Assembly (NCBI GenBank): GCA_947623645.1
Contig: CANQHK010000001.1
Location: forward strand, 1-50,160
Origin: an uncultured Bacilli bacterium
GTDB lineage: Bacteria > Bacillota_I > Bacilli_A > RF39 > UBA660
Direction: 5' to 3'
DNA length: 50,160 nucleotides
Below are positions 1 through 8,348 of the stretch, one piece after another (within the stretch, counting starts at the first letter, position 1; the number at the start of each line of letters is the position of its first letter). Position numbers and translations under genes: made by a program. The notes under the pieces were generated by a model. That model ran no database searches, was not told the DNA's origin, and saw only the letters and a program-made list of their open reading frames with translations.

Positions 1-341
1 ATTTTTTCAATATCGTTATTGTTTTCCATAATTGATAGATATTGTCTACTTATATTTAGTGGTTCTATCATTCTTGTTGTAATCATTCCATTATTGGTAT
101 CCATTATTTGTTTTATAGTATCAGTAAATATTTTTGATTGTTCATTTGGATACTTTATTAATAGTTGCTTTATTGCATTAGACATAGTATTAATGTTTTT
201 TAGTTGTTCTTGCATTGGTTTTGATAGTTGATTAAGCTGTTCCTTTATTCGACTCATAGGTTCCTTTATTGAATTAATAGCTTCTACATAATTTTTAAGA
301 ACATTACTATCAATTTTATAATTGATTTTCTCTTTTTTCAT
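1..341 (-). CDS. hypothetical protein, N-terminal part (gene runs off the window edge)
   Basis: Minus-strand ATG at 341-339 follows aaaagggattaat (AAGGGA-type RBS). The frame stays open to position 1 (MKKEKINYKIDSNVLKNYVEAINSIKEPMSRIKEQLNQL...). It is absent from the ORF track because no stop lies in the window. No family recognised. Confidence 0.4.
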   Translation of the reverse strand, partial: MKKEKINYKIDSNVLKNYVEAINSIKEPMSRIKEQLNQLSKPMQEQLKNINTMSNAIKQLLIKYPNEQSKIFTDTIKQIMDTNNGMITTRMIEPLNISRQYLSIMENNNDIEK

Positions 342-377
342 ATTAATCCCTTTTCTTTATTTGACAATTACACTGAA

Positions 378-406
378 ATTATAGCATTTTTCAGTTTATT
401 TGTCAA
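378..406 (-). promoter_or_regulatory. consensus sigma-A promoter for the partial gene at 1-341
   Basis: Minus strand reads TTGACA (406-401), 17 nt, TATAAT (383-378), about 35 nt upstream of the ATG. It lies inside an imperfect palindrome TTGACAA...TTGTCAA (361-407). Confidence 0.5.
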
Positions 407-534
407 ACGATTAACTGATTCTATTATAATTATCATCTCATATAAAGGTCCTATATTTTTCTCAAAATGCTACCTAAAATTTAATTCAAAGTTTTTAGTT
501 ACTCTCTATTAATCTTTATAAAATTCAGTAATAT

Positions 535-562
535 CCAAAAATGAGAAAGCTTTTACTTTCTC
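535..562 (-). terminator. rho-independent terminator after the kinase/HIRAN cassette
   Basis: Minus strand: GAGAAAG-TAAAAG-CTTTCTC hairpin (562-543) followed by ATTTTTGG. It is about 135 nt downstream of the stop at 697. Confidence 0.55.
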
Positions 563-696
563 TTCAGGGGGAAATCTAAATATCAGTTTGTAACAATTTA
601 ATAATTACTTAAAGTCTTATAAATTATTTTTTTAATTTTAATGAATTAATTAAAGTTTATTAAACTAACATTACTTTTTACATTTAATATCTAGAA

Positions 697-1377
697 TTAA
701 ATGTTCAGAATAAGTTTAACATTAGCAGTAATTTTCTCATCGTTTAATTGTGATTCTAGATTTAAGCTTTGAATCATTGCGGAATACTGAGTTCCTTTTT
801 TTAATTCTGCTAATAATTCTTTACAATAATATCTTGGCACATAACCTAAATGATAGGATTTATTATTTTCTTTAAAAACAATTTTAATTGCATTCGGATC
901 CTTTAAATTTTCTGGTTCTGGTTCTAAATATAATTTTTTATTAACCTTAAGATAGTTTTTACATTCTTCCACATCACTGCAATGACTTGTTCCTGCTACA
1001 TCGAACTCAATTTTACTTGAATCAAAAGCTGGAACAAATTCATAATTATCCGTAAATGTTCTCCCACGTGTTGCTTTTAATATATCAAAATCATCGGAGT
1101 CTTTTTCCAAATTATAACAATTTAAAATTTCTAAATAATCTGGTCTTGTTTCATTGGGTAATCTTGTTAAAATATTTGTAAATAAATCATCACTTTCATA
1201 GGTTTTCGTTAAATCTTCAAAACCTGGAAAATATTTAAAACCTACTGTTCTAGCATCATCTAATTCTGGATTAACATAATTAAACATATACCTGTTATTT
1301 TCTTTCATTAATGATCCAATTTTATATCTTCTACGTGAAATTGGATCTTTCCAAATTAGCCATAACTCTTCTTTCAT
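697..1377 (-). CDS. HipS-like N-terminal domain fused to a C-terminal HIRAN domain (putative antitoxin/sensor partner of the upstream kinase)
   Basis: The N-terminal ~115 aa resemble the HipA N-subdomain/HipS pattern: YKIGSLMKENNRYMFNYV, DDLFTNILTRLPNETRPDYLEIL, DFDILKATRGRTFTDNYEFVP. The C-terminal ~100 aa fit HIRAN: VAGTSH..., LYLEPEPENLKDPNAIKIV, HLGYVPRYYCKELLAEL. The maximal ORF starts with GTG at 1389. The ATG at 1377 has a GGTGA RBS 8 nt upstream and is preferred. Confidence 0.75.
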   Translation of the reverse strand: MKEELWLIWKDPISRRRYKIGSLMKENNRYMFNYVNPELDDARTVGFKYFPGFEDLTKTYESDDLFTNILTRLPNETRPDYLEILNCYNLEKDSDDFDILKATRGRTFTDNYEFVPAFDSSKIEFDVAGTSHCSDVEECKNYLKVNKKLYLEPEPENLKDPNAIKIVFKENNKSYHLGYVPRYYCKELLAELKKGTQYSAMIQSLNLESQLNDEKITANVKLILNI

Positions 1378-1392
1378 TACTATCACCACTTT

Positions 1393-2247
1393 TTACTTTA
1401 TATTTAATAGTATGTTTCTACGTCGAATTAAGTACATTATTATATATTTTTTATGCTCATCAGTCAACAATTCATCGGGTATCTTATTTACTAATTCTTC
1501 TATTATCTCATCCGTAAGTTTCTTTAAATTATTAATTTCAGGAATAACATATTGTGGATAATTGTCGTGTAAATATTGAATCAATTCAAAATGTTTATAT
1601 TTGCTTTTATTATCTTCTTTGTATATTATTGTCTGACTTCTATTTATATATGCATTAAAATCTTTTATATCATCATAATATTTTTTTGCATTTTCTATAT
1701 TTCGAAACTCTCTTAGTAAACTGTCCCCATTATCATATAGTGGAGAAATAAAGTTTTTTCCTTGCTTTTCTGTAATTCCCCAATTTTCTTCATGTCTATC
1801 TTGCTCTCCTATTAATGCATCAAAAATCATTATTTTAATAAAATTACCAAATAAATCAGGATCTATATCATCTAATACAGATTTAATATTTGAAATAGTA
1901 TAATAATTATTTCGTTCCTTTGTATTTTTATTTAAATATGCAACAATATCTGTATGTGGAGCATTAAATCTGTCAGAAAAATAATAGTTTAAAACTCCTA
2001 TCTTATTATCATTATCAACTGCCAATTCAATTTTAGCACAATTATACCCCAAAACTTTGGCAATCTCATACGCTAACTTTTCAGAGCAAGCTTCACTACA
2101 ATCATAATCTTCGCGTTCATATTTGAACATAGCCATCTCTCGTTTATTCGTAATAGCTAATATCTTTTTTCTTGAACCACGCACAATAGGTTCATCTTGT
2201 ATAAATCTAAAATCAGTTCCTATTTTTTTGATTTTATATTTTTCCAT
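1393..2247 (-). CDS. short HipA-family (HipT-like) Ser/Thr kinase, putative toxin
   Basis: HipA_C signatures: Gly-rich loop VRGSRKKIL, catalytic FDALIGEQDRHEENWG, Mg-binding SPLYDNGDSL. It is only ~285 aa, so it lacks the N-terminal subdomain of full-length HipA. The maximal ORF starts with GTG at 2259. The ATG at 2247 follows GGGTGGGTGA. Its stop lies 3 nt from the next maximal ORF, indicating an operon. Confidence 0.8.
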   Translation of the reverse strand: MEKYKIKKIGTDFRFIQDEPIVRGSRKKILAITNKREMAMFKYEREDYDCSEACSEKLAYEIAKVLGYNCAKIELAVDNDNKIGVLNYYFSDRFNAPHTDIVAYLNKNTKERNNYYTISNIKSVLDDIDPDLFGNFIKIMIFDALIGEQDRHEENWGITEKQGKNFISPLYDNGDSLLREFRNIENAKKYYDDIKDFNAYINRSQTIIYKEDNKSKYKHFELIQYLHDNYPQYVIPEINNLKKLTDEIIEELVNKIPDELLTDEHKKYIIMYLIRRRNILLNIK

Positions 2248-2344
2248 AGAATCACCCACCCTACCTATTCTATTTAAATTATATCATATTTTTATGCCTA
2301 AATCGTATCTAATTTTTTTGACAGCCTTGATATTACAAATCCTT

Positions 2345-2377
2345 TTAAAATCAACAAAAGTGGAGCCTTTCGGCTCC
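2345..2377 (-). terminator. rho-independent terminator after recG
   Basis: Minus strand: GGAGCC-GAAA-GGCTCC hairpin (2377-2362) followed by ACTTTTGTTGATTTT. Confidence 0.6.
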
Positions 2378-2534
2378 TTCAGGGGGTTTTGGTTGAATTA
2401 CTCTCACTCTTTAGTTTGTAAGAGCAGCACAATGACTTCTATCATCATGCAACTTAATCATACAAGAAGAACAGAATTTTGTCAATATAAAATCTAGAAA
2501 ATTTTTCCAAAATTTTAAACACTTGACAAAAGTT

Positions 2535-4526
2535 TTAGGATTGATGAACAGACTGAATTAATTCTTGCTTTAACAAATCTTCATCTTTCGTAGAATCCAA
2601 TAAATATTTTAAAGAATCCTCCTTGGCTTGAATTAAAATTTTGTAATCTTGATTTAAAGAAGCAATTTTAAATGTCATATCTCCACTTTGTTTCGTTCCA
2701 AACAAATCTCCATGTCCTCTTAATTTAAAATCTTCTTCACTAATTAAAAAGCCATCATTCGTCTTTTCCATAACCTGTAATCTCTTTGCATCCGAATCAC
2801 TAATTAAAATACAATAAGATTGTAAATTACTGCGTCCTACTCTTCCTCTTAACTGATGAAGTGTAGAAAGTCCAAAACGTTCTGCATTAAAAATAACCAT
2901 CATCGTAGCATTGGGAACATCAACTCCAACTTCAACAACCGTTGTACTAATTAAAATATTGATGCTACCTTGTTTAAACTCATTCATAATCAGTTCTTTT
3001 GCACCACTTGCCATTTTTCCATGAACAATATCTATTTTATAATGAGCACCGAAAGCAAGACGCATTTTATCCCGAAGTTCTAACACATTAGTAAGATCTG
3101 AGTTTTCACTTTCTTCAATTAATGGAGCAATGACATAAATTTGATGATTTTGTTGAAGTTCTTTATACATATCTTCTAAAACGAGTGTAATTTCATTTTC
3201 TTTCCGAACTTTTGTCTTAATAGGCATACGCCCCTTTGGCATTTCTTTAATAATGGATACATCCATATCTCCATAAATCGTTAGGGCATAAGTTCTAGGA
3301 ATTGGCGTTGCAGACATGTAAAGAACGTCTGGAAGAATTCCTTTTTCCCGTAAATTCGTTCTTTGATTAACTCCAAAACGATGTTGTTCATCCGTAATAA
3401 CCAGTCCCAATGAATGATAAATGACATCTGTTTGAATTAGGGCATGTGTTCCAATCACAATATCGACACTTCCATCTTCTAATCCCCGATAGATTGCTTC
3501 TTTATCTTTTTTAGAAGTTGAACCTGTTAAAAGTTCAATTCGAATTGGAACATCTTTAAAAATTTCTCGAATATTATAATAATGTTGAATAGCAAGAATT
3601 TCTGTTGGAGCCATCAAAGCACTTTGATAACCACTTAAATAATTGATATACATAGCAAGAAAAGATACAATCGTTTTACCACTTCCAACATCTCCTTGTA
3701 AAAGACGATTCATCTTTGTATTTTGATTCATATCTTTTAAAATTTCAAACGTTGCTTTTTTTTGATCATTCGTAAGTTCAAAAGGAAGCGTCTTGATAAA
3801 ACTTTCCAATTCTTCTTTTGTTACATGTCTTTCAATTCCACCATCTTGCCGTCTTTTTTCTTCTTTTAAAAAGTTAATTTTAAACATAAAGGCAAATAAC
3901 TCTTCATATTTAAGACGAATGCTTGCTTCTTTTAATTTCTCCATATTGGGTGGATTATGAACAATATTAAGAGCAGTTCTTTTATTCGAAAATTTATATT
4001 TTTCGAGCAAATACTCTGGAATATAATCGGTAATTCCTTCTTTATTCATCATAATTGCCGTGTTAATATATGTAGCCATCGATTTATTGGTTAATCCATT
4101 CGTTAAATGATAAACCGCTTCAATTCTTTCATGATTTCCAAGAGTTCCAAATTTTACTTCACTCGCTGTAATAACATTTTTCTTTTTATCATATTTTCCA
4201 ATAACAATAACATTGGTTCCTATAGTTAAATTCGATTTTAAAAAAGCTCGATTAAAAACACTAATACCAACCACTCCATCTGGAGTTACAAGTCGAAAGT
4301 TTAACTTCGTCAAATTCGCTTTAAATCTTAGCAAAATAGGAACACTTTCTACTCTTCCGTCGACGATTACTTTTGCATCTTCCTCTGCTTCTTTTAAATT
4401 CGTTCTTTTTAATACTTCATAGCGAAAAGGATAATGGGTGACTAAATCATCCACTGTTGAAATTCCAATTTTAGAAAGTAAGCTAAGTGCTTTTGGACCA
4501 ATCCCTTTGACTTTCGAAACTTCCAT
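2535..4526 (-). CDS. recG: ATP-dependent DNA helicase RecG
   Basis: Walker A LLQGDVGSGKT, DEAH-type ITDEQHRFGV, motif VI HQLRGRVGRS, plus an N-terminal wedge/OB region. The maximal ORF starts with GTG at 4535. The ATG at 4526 follows GGCGGTGG. Confidence 0.95.
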   Translation of the reverse strand: MEVSKVKGIGPKALSLLSKIGISTVDDLVTHYPFRYEVLKRTNLKEAEEDAKVIVDGRVESVPILLRFKANLTKLNFRLVTPDGVVGISVFNRAFLKSNLTIGTNVIVIGKYDKKKNVITASEVKFGTLGNHERIEAVYHLTNGLTNKSMATYINTAIMMNKEGITDYIPEYLLEKYKFSNKRTALNIVHNPPNMEKLKEASIRLKYEELFAFMFKINFLKEEKRRQDGGIERHVTKEELESFIKTLPFELTNDQKKATFEILKDMNQNTKMNRLLQGDVGSGKTIVSFLAMYINYLSGYQSALMAPTEILAIQHYYNIREIFKDVPIRIELLTGSTSKKDKEAIYRGLEDGSVDIVIGTHALIQTDVIYHSLGLVITDEQHRFGVNQRTNLREKGILPDVLYMSATPIPRTYALTIYGDMDVSIIKEMPKGRMPIKTKVRKENEITLVLEDMYKELQQNHQIYVIAPLIEESENSDLTNVLELRDKMRLAFGAHYKIDIVHGKMASGAKELIMNEFKQGSINILISTTVVEVGVDVPNATMMVIFNAERFGLSTLHQLRGRVGRSNLQSYCILISDSDAKRLQVMEKTNDGFLISEEDFKLRGHGDLFGTKQSGDMTFKIASLNQDYKILIQAKEDSLKYLLDSTKDEDLLKQELIQSVHQS

Positions 4527-4552
4527 GCAATCCACCGCCTTTTTCGTTCTAA

Positions 4553-4581
4553 ATTATATCATAAATAATCGTTTTTGAAAA
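4553..4581 (-). promoter_or_regulatory. possible recG promoter (extended -10)
   Basis: Minus strand TGATATAAT (4561-4553) with a weak -35 TTTTCA (4581-4576). Confidence 0.3.
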
Positions 4582-4661
4582 GAAAAAAATGAAAAAATTT
4601 CCATAAAAAATGTAGAATTTTACCGCTTTCCAAAAATATTTTATTTTTTTTAAAAAATGCC

Positions 4662-4690
4662 TTGACAAATACCCACTTTTCGATTAATAT
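4662..4690 (+). promoter_or_regulatory. near-consensus sigma-A promoter with no ORF downstream
   Basis: TTGACA (4662-4667), 17 nt, TAATAT (4685-4690), preceded by an A/T-rich UP-like tract. Confidence 0.55.
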
Positions 4691-4696
4691 AAACAT

Positions 4697-4805
4697 CACC
4701 AATTCGAATTTAGGCGAATTGGTCGCTAGTATCACACTAGCCAACCCCTTTTTATTCTTTTTAATGGGAACTGCCCTTCAGGGGGTGCAGTTCCTTAATA
4801 TTTTA
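4697..4805 (+). ncRNA. candidate small RNA (about 105 nt) with a C-rich single-stranded segment
   Basis: The predicted TSS is ~4697. Hairpin 1 is ACCAATTCG/CGAATTGGT (4698-4723). Hairpin 2 is GCTAGT/ACTAGC (4725-4741). A single-stranded stretch CAACCCCUUUUUAUUCUUUUUAAU follows. The terminator hairpin GGGAACUGCCC-UUCA-GGGGGUGCAGUUCC (4766-4794) precedes UUAAUAUUUU. No coding potential was seen. Confidence 0.4.
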
Positions 4806-4846
4806 GACAAATAAATCCTCCCTTGATTTAGATGTTGGTTGGCAGA

Positions 4847-4878
4847 CCTCCTCAATAAATTGAAGGAGGATTTATTTT
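4847..4878 (+). terminator. second plus-strand intrinsic terminator
   Basis: CCTCCTCAA-TAAA-TTGAAGGAGG (one bulge) followed by ATTTATTTT. Only the plus strand has the U-tract. Confidence 0.5.
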
Positions 4879-4897
4879 GGTATTTCTATTACAGAAG

Positions 4898-4936
4898 AAA
4901 AGACTTGTTTGAAATTTGTTTCAACAAGTCTTTTTT
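4898..4936. terminator. bidirectional terminator at the 3' end of nifJ
   Basis: AAAAGACTTGTTTGAAA / TTTCAACAAGTCTTTT hairpin, flanked by an A-tract and a T-tract. Confidence 0.65.
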
Positions 4937-4937
4937 A

Positions 4938-7900
4938 CTAACTTTCGGAATTCTCTGCTAATTTTTCATAATATTCATAACGCATCTTTGCATGTTCCTC
5001 ATTCTTTTTTAAGAGTTCTTCACATTTTTCTTTATGAACGTATTCAAGCATTCGATACCGATCTTCTCCTTTTAAGAATTCTTGATACTTTGAAAAATCA
5101 GCTTTCGAGTCAAGGGAGAAAATCTTCGTTCTTGGATCATAATGGAAAAGTGGAAAATAACCAGAGAGAACAGCATCTTTTTCTTCTTGAATAGAGTTTT
5201 CCATTCCCTTTAAAATTCCTTGTGCAATACATGGAGAATAAGCAAGAATGAAAGATGGTCCCTCGTAAGACACTGCTTCTTCTAAAACTTTCACAGTATG
5301 TTGCATGTTGGCTCCCATAGAAATAGCACCAACATAGACATGAGGATAAGTAAGAGCAATTTTCGCAAGATCTTTTTTCGCTGTTTCTTTTCCTTTCGAA
5401 GTAAACTTCGCAACGGAAGCAGTTTTACTCGATTTTGAAGATTGCCCTCCTGTATTCGAATAAACCTCTGTATCCAATACTACAATCGTAACATCTTCGT
5501 GGTTGGCCAAAACATGGTCAATTCCAGAAAATCCAATATCGTACGCCCAACCATCTCCACCGATAATAAAGAAGTTTTTCTTTTTAATAAACATCTTCAA
5601 CTGTTGAAGTTCTATAATATTTGATTTTTCTACCAAAGAATAAAGTTTTTCACTATTTTCTGTAGTAACTTTTTCTAAATAAGAATCGACGACCTCTTCA
5701 TCAAGGAAAGTTCGATATTTCGAAATTAAAGTTCGAATCTTTTCTTTCATAACATCATCAGCAATTTTCATTCCATAACCATATTCAGCATTATCTTCAA
5801 ATAAAGAATTAGCCCATGGTACGTTCCAAGCCGTCGTTGGTAAAGAAGCACTGTAAATAGAAGAACATCCAGTTGCATTACTAATGACTAAAGAATCTCC
5901 AAAAAGTTGAGAAATCAACCTCAAATAAGGAGTTTCTCCACATCCAGCACAAGCCCCAGGGAAAGTAAATCTTGGCTTTTGGAATTGGCTTCCCTTAACC
6001 GTTGCTTTTGGAAGAACATCTTTATAAGTTACTTTTTCAAATAAATATTTCCATGCGTCCTCAAATCCCTCTTCTTGAAGATGCGCAACACTATCCATAA
6101 AAAGAGCTTTTTCTCCTTTTTTACCAGGACAAATATTGGCACATAATTTACATCCCGTACAATCTGGAATGGAAGGACACACGACAAAATATAATTTTTG
6201 ATTTGGAATGTTTGCATCGCGGGCAAGTTTTTGAACAATTTCTGGTGCATTCTTATACTCTTCTTCTGTTAATAAGAAAGGTCGAATAACCGCATGCGGG
6301 CAAACAAAAGAACAAAGATTACATTGAATACAATTTTCTGGTTTAAAGTGCGGAGCAAAGGAAGAAGTACCACGTTTTTCAATATTGGAAAGTCCCCCCT
6401 CAAAAGTACCATCGCTATGTTTTAAGAAACTACTAACAGGAAGACTATCCCCTTGTGCTTTATTCATCGCATCCATCAAAGAATCATTAGAAACCGTTAA
6501 GGCATCTCCTCCAAGAGCAGGATCAATCGAAACTTCAAAGAAAGCATCCAAACTAAGATCAATTGCTTCTTTATTTTTATCAGCTATAGAATTTCCTTTC
6601 TTTCCAAATTTAACATCGATGGTCTTTTTCATAAAGGCAATGGCATCATCAAAATTCAAAAGATTTCCGAGTTTAAAAATACCAACTTCCATGATACTAC
6701 TAATTTTATTATCAAGACCTACTTGTTTACTAATTTTTAAAGCATCAATGCAATATAGATGAGCATTTTTTTCTTTTAATAATTCGAGTTCCTCTTTGGT
6801 GAAAAGTCTTAAAATATTATCTCCTGTTCGATCGGTATTAATAAGAACAATTCCATTTTCACGAATCGAAGATACGACATCAAATTTCTTAAAATAACTT
6901 TCTTTTGTACAAACAATCATATCAGCATTTTCGATATAATATGGAGAATGAATTTCTTCTTTAGAGAATCGTAAATGACTTTTGGTAACTCCTCCTGATT
7001 TTTTAGAATCGTATTGGAAGTATCCTTGAACATAATCATCCGTATTTTCTCCAGTAATTTTCATAATATCTTTACTAGCACTAACCATTCCATCGCTTCC
7101 ATAACCCCAAATCAAAAATTCTTTTCTTTTTCCACCAATAACGATAGGAACTTCTTTTAAACTTAAATTGGTAACGTCATCTTCAATTCCTATTGTGAAG
7201 TTATGATGAATCGTATTATGAATTAAAGTTTCATAGACTCCTTGGATTTGAGATGGCGTTGTATTTTTACTCGATAGACCATATCTTCCACCATAAATTT
7301 CAATATTTCTAGAAGAAAGAGCTGCTACAACATCTTTATAAAGAGGTTCTCCACCACTTCCTGGTTCTTTCGTTCGATCTAGTACAGCAATTTTTTCTAC
7401 TGATTCTGGTAAAGAATCAAGGAGATGTTTCATGGAGAAAGGTCGATATAAATGAACCTCGATAAGACCAACCTCATCTCCTCTTTTTTCAATAACTTCC
7501 CGAATTGTATCGCAGACACTTCCCATAGCAACAATTACATATTTGCTGTTTGGACTTCCGTAGTAATTAAAGAGTTGATAATTTCTACCCAACTTTTGAT
7601 TGATTTTTTTCATATATTGATCAACAATATCAGGAATTTTATCATAGTAAGAATTTCTTACTTCTGTCATTTGAAAATAAACATCATCATTTTGAGCTGT
7701 ACCTCTTGTTACAGGATTCGTAGTAAGGCTACGATTCCGAAACTCCTGCAAAGCCTCTTCATCGATTAAAGACTTTAAAAATTCAGGATCTGGAATTTCT
7801 ACTTTTTGAAGTTCGTGAGAAGTTCTAAAACCATCAAAAAAGTGAAGAAAAGGAACTCTTCCTCGAATGGCTGAAAGATGACTCACTGCAGATAAATCTG

Positions 7901-8348
7901 CTGCTTGTTGAGGATTGGTCGATGCAAGCATAGCAAAGCCAGTCATTCTGGTTGCATAAATATCTTGATGATCTCCAAAAATAGATAAAGCATGTGTTGC
8001 AATGCTACGTGCTGCAACATGAATAACAAGGGGAAGTTGTTCTCCTGCAATTTTATACATATTCGGAATCATCAAAAGAAGTCCTTGACTTGCCGTAAAC
8101 GTCGTCGTGAGACAGCCCGCTTGAAGAGATCCATGAATCATACCTGCCGCCCCTGCTTCCGATTGCATTTCTACAACTTTTACAGGGTTGCCAAAAAAAT
8201 TAAGTCTTTTATTTCCAGACCATACATCTGTAAACTCCGCCATAGGAGAAGCTGGGGTGATCGGATAAATCCCTGCTACTTCTGTAAAATGATAGGAAAC
8301 TGTAGAACAAGCTTCGTTCCCATCCATAATTTTCTTTTCCATTTTCAT
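4938..8348 (-). CDS. nifJ: pyruvate:ferredoxin (flavodoxin) oxidoreductase
   Basis: 1136 aa. Two 4Fe-4S motifs, CIQCNLCSFVCPHAV and CTGCKLCANICP. TPP-binding GGDGWAYDIG. N-terminus MDGNEA...AGIYPITPASPMAE. Confidence 0.95.
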   Translation of the reverse strand: MKMEKKIMDGNEACSTVSYHFTEVAGIYPITPASPMAEFTDVWSGNKRLNFFGNPVKVVEMQSEAGAAGMIHGSLQAGCLTTTFTASQGLLLMIPNMYKIAGEQLPLVIHVAARSIATHALSIFGDHQDIYATRMTGFAMLASTNPQQAADLSAVSHLSAIRGRVPFLHFFDGFRTSHELQKVEIPDPEFLKSLIDEEALQEFRNRSLTTNPVTRGTAQNDDVYFQMTEVRNSYYDKIPDIVDQYMKKINQKLGRNYQLFNYYGSPNSKYVIVAMGSVCDTIREVIEKRGDEVGLIEVHLYRPFSMKHLLDSLPESVEKIAVLDRTKEPGSGGEPLYKDVVAALSSRNIEIYGGRYGLSSKNTTPSQIQGVYETLIHNTIHHNFTIGIEDDVTNLSLKEVPIVIGGKRKEFLIWGYGSDGMVSASKDIMKITGENTDDYVQGYFQYDSKKSGGVTKSHLRFSKEEIHSPYYIENADMIVCTKESYFKKFDVVSSIRENGIVLINTDRTGDNILRLFTKEELELLKEKNAHLYCIDALKISKQVGLDNKISSIMEVGIFKLGNLLNFDDAIAFMKKTIDVKFGKKGNSIADKNKEAIDLSLDAFFEVSIDPALGGDALTVSNDSLMDAMNKAQGDSLPVSSFLKHSDGTFEGGLSNIEKRGTSSFAPHFKPENCIQCNLCSFVCPHAVIRPFLLTEEEYKNAPEIVQKLARDANIPNQKLYFVVCPSIPDCTGCKLCANICPGKKGEKALFMDSVAHLQEEGFEDAWKYLFEKVTYKDVLPKATVKGSQFQKPRFTFPGACAGCGETPYLRLISQLFGDSLVISNATGCSSIYSASLPTTAWNVPWANSLFEDNAEYGYGMKIADDVMKEKIRTLISKYRTFLDEEVVDSYLEKVTTENSEKLYSLVEKSNIIELQQLKMFIKKKNFFIIGGDGWAYDIGFSGIDHVLANHEDVTIVVLDTEVYSNTGGQSSKSSKTASVAKFTSKGKETAKKDLAKIALTYPHVYVGAISMGANMQHTVKVLEEAVSYEGPSFILAYSPCIAQGILKGMENSIQEEKDAVLSGYFPLFHYDPRTKIFSLDSKADFSKYQEFLKGEDRYRMLEYVHKEKCEELLKKNEEHAKMRYEYYEKLAENSES

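Noticed and set aside
19-231. 70-aa plus-strand ORF at the window start
   Set aside because: It is antisense to the better-supported partial minus-strand gene (1-341), which has an RBS and a consensus promoter.
4559-4744. 61-aa minus-strand ORF in the recG-nifJ spacer
   Set aside because: It has no RBS and a Phe/Lys-rich translation typical of AT-rich non-coding DNA. It overlaps the divergent promoters and the sRNA candidate.
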